NCBI GenBank assembly: GCA_934613415.1
Contig: CAKTSY010000003.1
Coordinates: forward strand, 325,413 to 357,412
DNA length: 32,000 bases
From: an uncultured Opitutales bacterium
GTDB lineage: Bacteria; Verrucomicrobiota; Verrucomicrobiia; Opitutales; Intestinicryptomonadaceae
Direction: 5' to 3'
Made by a program: the position numbers and the translations under genes
Notes under the pieces: model-generated
What the model was told of the DNA's origin: nothing
Database searches by the model: none
What the model saw: only the letters and a program-made list of their open reading frames with translations
In this document: piece after piece, positions 31,601 through 32,000 of the stretch
How positions within the stretch are numbered: the first letter of the stretch is position 1
Layout: every line of letters begins with the position of its first letter

Positions 31601-32000
31601 CGAATGATACGTCTCCCGTCATATCGCTTACGACCACGTTGCCCGTCGTCGCAACCGAAAGGGAGGCGGCGTTTTGCACGCCGAGAGAGCCCGTAGATCC
31701 GATATTGACATTGTTTGCTCCGTCTATATCGGTGACCGTCGCGGAGTTTATATCGACATCCTGAACGTTTCTAAGTTCGGCTGTGCCGACATTTCCCGTT
31801 ACGGTTACATTTCCCGCGGAGTTCGAAACGGAAAGCTTGCCGCTAACCGTGCCGACATTGGTGTCGCCGGTAGCCGAGCCAATGGTCAGGTCTCCAGTAA
31901 GTGCCGTAGACGATACGGTGTTTGCGCTTGTAATTGTAGCGTTGCCTGTTCCGTTTACGGTTGTAGCTCCGCTTACTGTCGCCGCGCTGAGGTTGCCTCC
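25605..32000 (-). CDS. Giant autotransporter (type Va), 3' portion; N-terminus off-window (>=2131 codons in window)
   Basis: The stop is at 25605-25607. I translated 31680-32000 codon by codon on the minus strand and found no in-frame stop; the track 'start' at 31679 is an internal GTG. The C-terminus has an amphipathic beta-strand pattern ending GGYIRFEF. The passenger is Gly/Ala/Val/Asp/Asn/Ser/Thr-rich and repetitive. Confidence 0.88.
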   Translation of the reverse strand, partial: GGNLSAATVSGATTVNGTGNATITSANTVSSTALTGDLTIGSATGDTNVGTVSGKLSVSNSAGNVTVTGNVGTAELRNVQDVDINSATVTDIDGANNVNIGSTGSLGVQNAASLSVATTGNVVVSDMTGDVSFDNINGTLDAQRIGGEVKVTDTVTGNALVDTAGSVDIANANSDVTAKNIAGDVKIDNVAGAATLEKIGGNVTSATSLGSLDASNVTGSITAKDVVGTIKARGIADISAETAASLDIDGAGNVDVSTVNGTTNVANAKGLDIVSANGNVRADAIDGDINLGTVDGKVDLSRTTGGAVLVGSVNGNFTAEESESSITVNTVSGNMKLTDVSDVAVTGKIDGKLTANGAGNISAETVEGTSSVTDAASLKITTANGDVTANSVAGAVDITDLDGSADIKKAGSLKIGSATGTVDASKISGKAEIGSASAVDINTADSVVADNVTNGLVVKSINGTVESSGTLGSFDATDIGGATTLNDVSGRIKATDVSDLSANSAGSLSINGAGNVQVATVNGIGDVSGAASLDITTANGDITAKTIAGDVKLAKGTNLTVNGAGGNVSADDISGKLKASDIDGGITSSTNLGSLDATTVGGDISVADVQNELKVDDVKNVSASGTVGSVNAKNAGNLSFADVTNQLEASNTGDIAATGKIGSLDAKSAGDISIEEVGGVASVIDAKSLSITTAGSEVTAKNIAGNVEIANGSDLIVRDAKGVVADNLSGKLDAANIGVNGITSAGSIGSVLASTVNGDISVNTVVGELKVNGAKDVSASGTLGSADIKDAGNIDFQGDVAGEIKARDVLNITAQKAKSLDVNGAKDVSVAEIGIGDANVRYADSLAVSGNVGGNVKAESITGDVAVGGKVGGNVKAADIGGDLSLADVDGQLDATDIGGAVSANTVKGITKVIGADSLIISVAENDVTAKDITNSVAVSEGTNVSVSAVGGNVAADDISGKLSAENVGGSISSATRLGSLDARNIGGGIALNNVDAELKASDVSGDITAVSAGSLNVKNAGTVSLTDVNGTSLAENVDALEISGTAGGDVNAKNVAGKVYVENASANVAVNTAGSVETNNVDGTLSAADISGGIDSSVSLGALDAKNVGGQIALQDVQGKLKAADTQGISAENAGSLEIKNAKDVQIRNNVGGNAEVSGIGNFSVAGGVGGTTLMDAVDGDATIGTANGAVTVNSMGVSGSVNIGTANDKVSANGNIGGGLIVGSAGGDVTSTANVGYVSVKGADQTQKVELKNVLGGGDSKIENVSGVIVNGKISAGADRMDIVSISNDVDFRDEVLLDTLGIDTVGGDVKFAKKLTAANSVKIDDVNGDTTFAGDVSANSFSMDNAAKGGNVSFTGSLKTAGDAEIKNVSDISALNGIEAKNLTIDGADNVVVDRIKADENVNVLNVAGFTADAVEAADEINIKASGNITVGSLDGDADNTGATLSGTQSSSVITVDTANVATKISNAAEVAVNKAANYLDLESVGNAEIRSIADGVDYARTDDGPFMYADNVGTIEIGADEIGAVYDTGGNPLIKSQSGGSATVDKLILHASAIKSAALTGTVLDIGAALTGDRLRLSFTQNDVEIVGKLNFASDVELVTENNWTFDSVKSAGQHSAVGRTSDVAVNGILGGTEKSVWNFLKAKSHAAFAFEAADESVVNEFTLVGKYDDVPQSGSFNHTYRDSAGEIQNETALYSQNLTATDLYATDIDANTVSGTTDNGILDIEYSASSGKVVHEIKANRFVEKTVAKTANEAEFAKIIDSLKHSGDLDRNSENIRDIKMPYITGEKSLSASLPNAMTYAARQQAALANSIAFSTVDYISATRAMLGRPAFAGSNEVAAVSDGSEKDISDVTSVSFRSVNRLGDFAGTDGNSGANSYSTGGLANLEYIVNRDLFFGISAGGAYSRATGDNVSAKAESTNLIINLYGDYQITDGLDAYIGLTYSYGDNKSEREAAAGKAKVDYESDTFGAFGGLRYTIKPCGLPFSITPILGVNYSAVLTKSATEKEYTGPDAMTYAGGDYHSIRTLAGFEAAYQYRDILRIAVSAMYAHEFLDNRYNVGYSLDPSMFAVSSGILRGSSIERDYAILGFGINGNITDSVSVGANYNAEVSLSELNHHIGGYIRFEF
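25608..26417 (-). other. Autotransporter beta-barrel translocator domain (sub-feature of the CDS above)
   Basis: The last ~270 aa show alternating hydrophobic/polar strands (FFGISAGGAYS, LIINLYGDYQI, AYIGLTYSYG, FGAFGGLRYTI, LAGFEAAYQY, RIAVSAMYAHEF, AILGFGINGNI) and a terminal aromatic F. A helical linker PNAMTYAARQQAALANSIAF precedes them. Confidence 0.75.
27660..32000 (-). repeat. Coding repeat region of the autotransporter passenger (10-12-aa unit, ~155-aa super-repeat)
   Basis: The block ASLxITTA(N/G)G(D/S)xTA(K/N) occurs at aa 274, 429 and 585 of the track protein. The exact 18-mer GCCGTTGGCTGTCGTTAT occurs at 30381-30398 and 30846-30863 (465 nt apart). A recurrent GCGTCGAGAGAGCCGAG encoding LGSLDA occurs near 29053 and 30214. 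Confidence 0.7.

Noticed and set aside
27660-32000. Periodic DNA repeats that could superficially suggest a CRISPR or tandem-repeat array
   Set aside because: The repeats are diverged and lie in frame within one long ORF. They have 465-nt and ~1150-nt spacing and no conserved short direct repeat/spacer architecture. They are coding repeats of the autotransporter passenger.
22147-32000. Calling the high-GC region a mobile genetic element
   Set aside because: No integrase, transposase, tRNA target, inverted or direct terminal repeats are visible, and only one boundary lies in the window. I report it as a compositional observation, not as a mobile_element feature.

Overview
32-kb window from a diderm (Gram-negative-type) bacterium; I cannot assign the taxon from sequence alone. 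Bases 1 to ~22150 are 42-48 % GC in the 60-nt lines I hand-counted and hold densely packed core genes. On the plus strand these are a GT-C-like polytopic membrane protein (5' partial), a 1145-aa AsmA-like envelope protein, panB and a SET-domain methyltransferase. A 7-gene minus-strand array follows: acnA, a STAS protein, a membrane GAF-PP2C phosphatase, ybaB/ebfC, recR, uppP and an amidohydrolase. Then come yebC, leuC (no leuD), gyrB, gyrA, a DUF2238 membrane protein and a zinc-ribbon/TM2 protein. After a bidirectional terminator at ~22.13 kb the content becomes accessory-like. It holds an ECF-like sigma factor with a translationally coupled 58-60-aa charged mini-protein, and a divergent small-ORF/YqiA-type esterase pair. 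It also holds a secreted M14 (CCP-like) metallopeptidase homologue and a giant autotransporter (>2130 aa, N-terminus off-window) with hierarchical repeats. The last two genes are 55-62 % GC. I recognised no rRNA, tRNA, CRISPR array, transposase or integrase, and I see no clear-cut new multi-gene system such as a defence island. The best leads are the high-GC sigma/peptidase/autotransporter region, the kinase-less STAS/PP2C pair packed directly behind aconitase, and the SET-domain protein. All family assignments are by-eye motif recognition and need HMM or BLAST confirmation.
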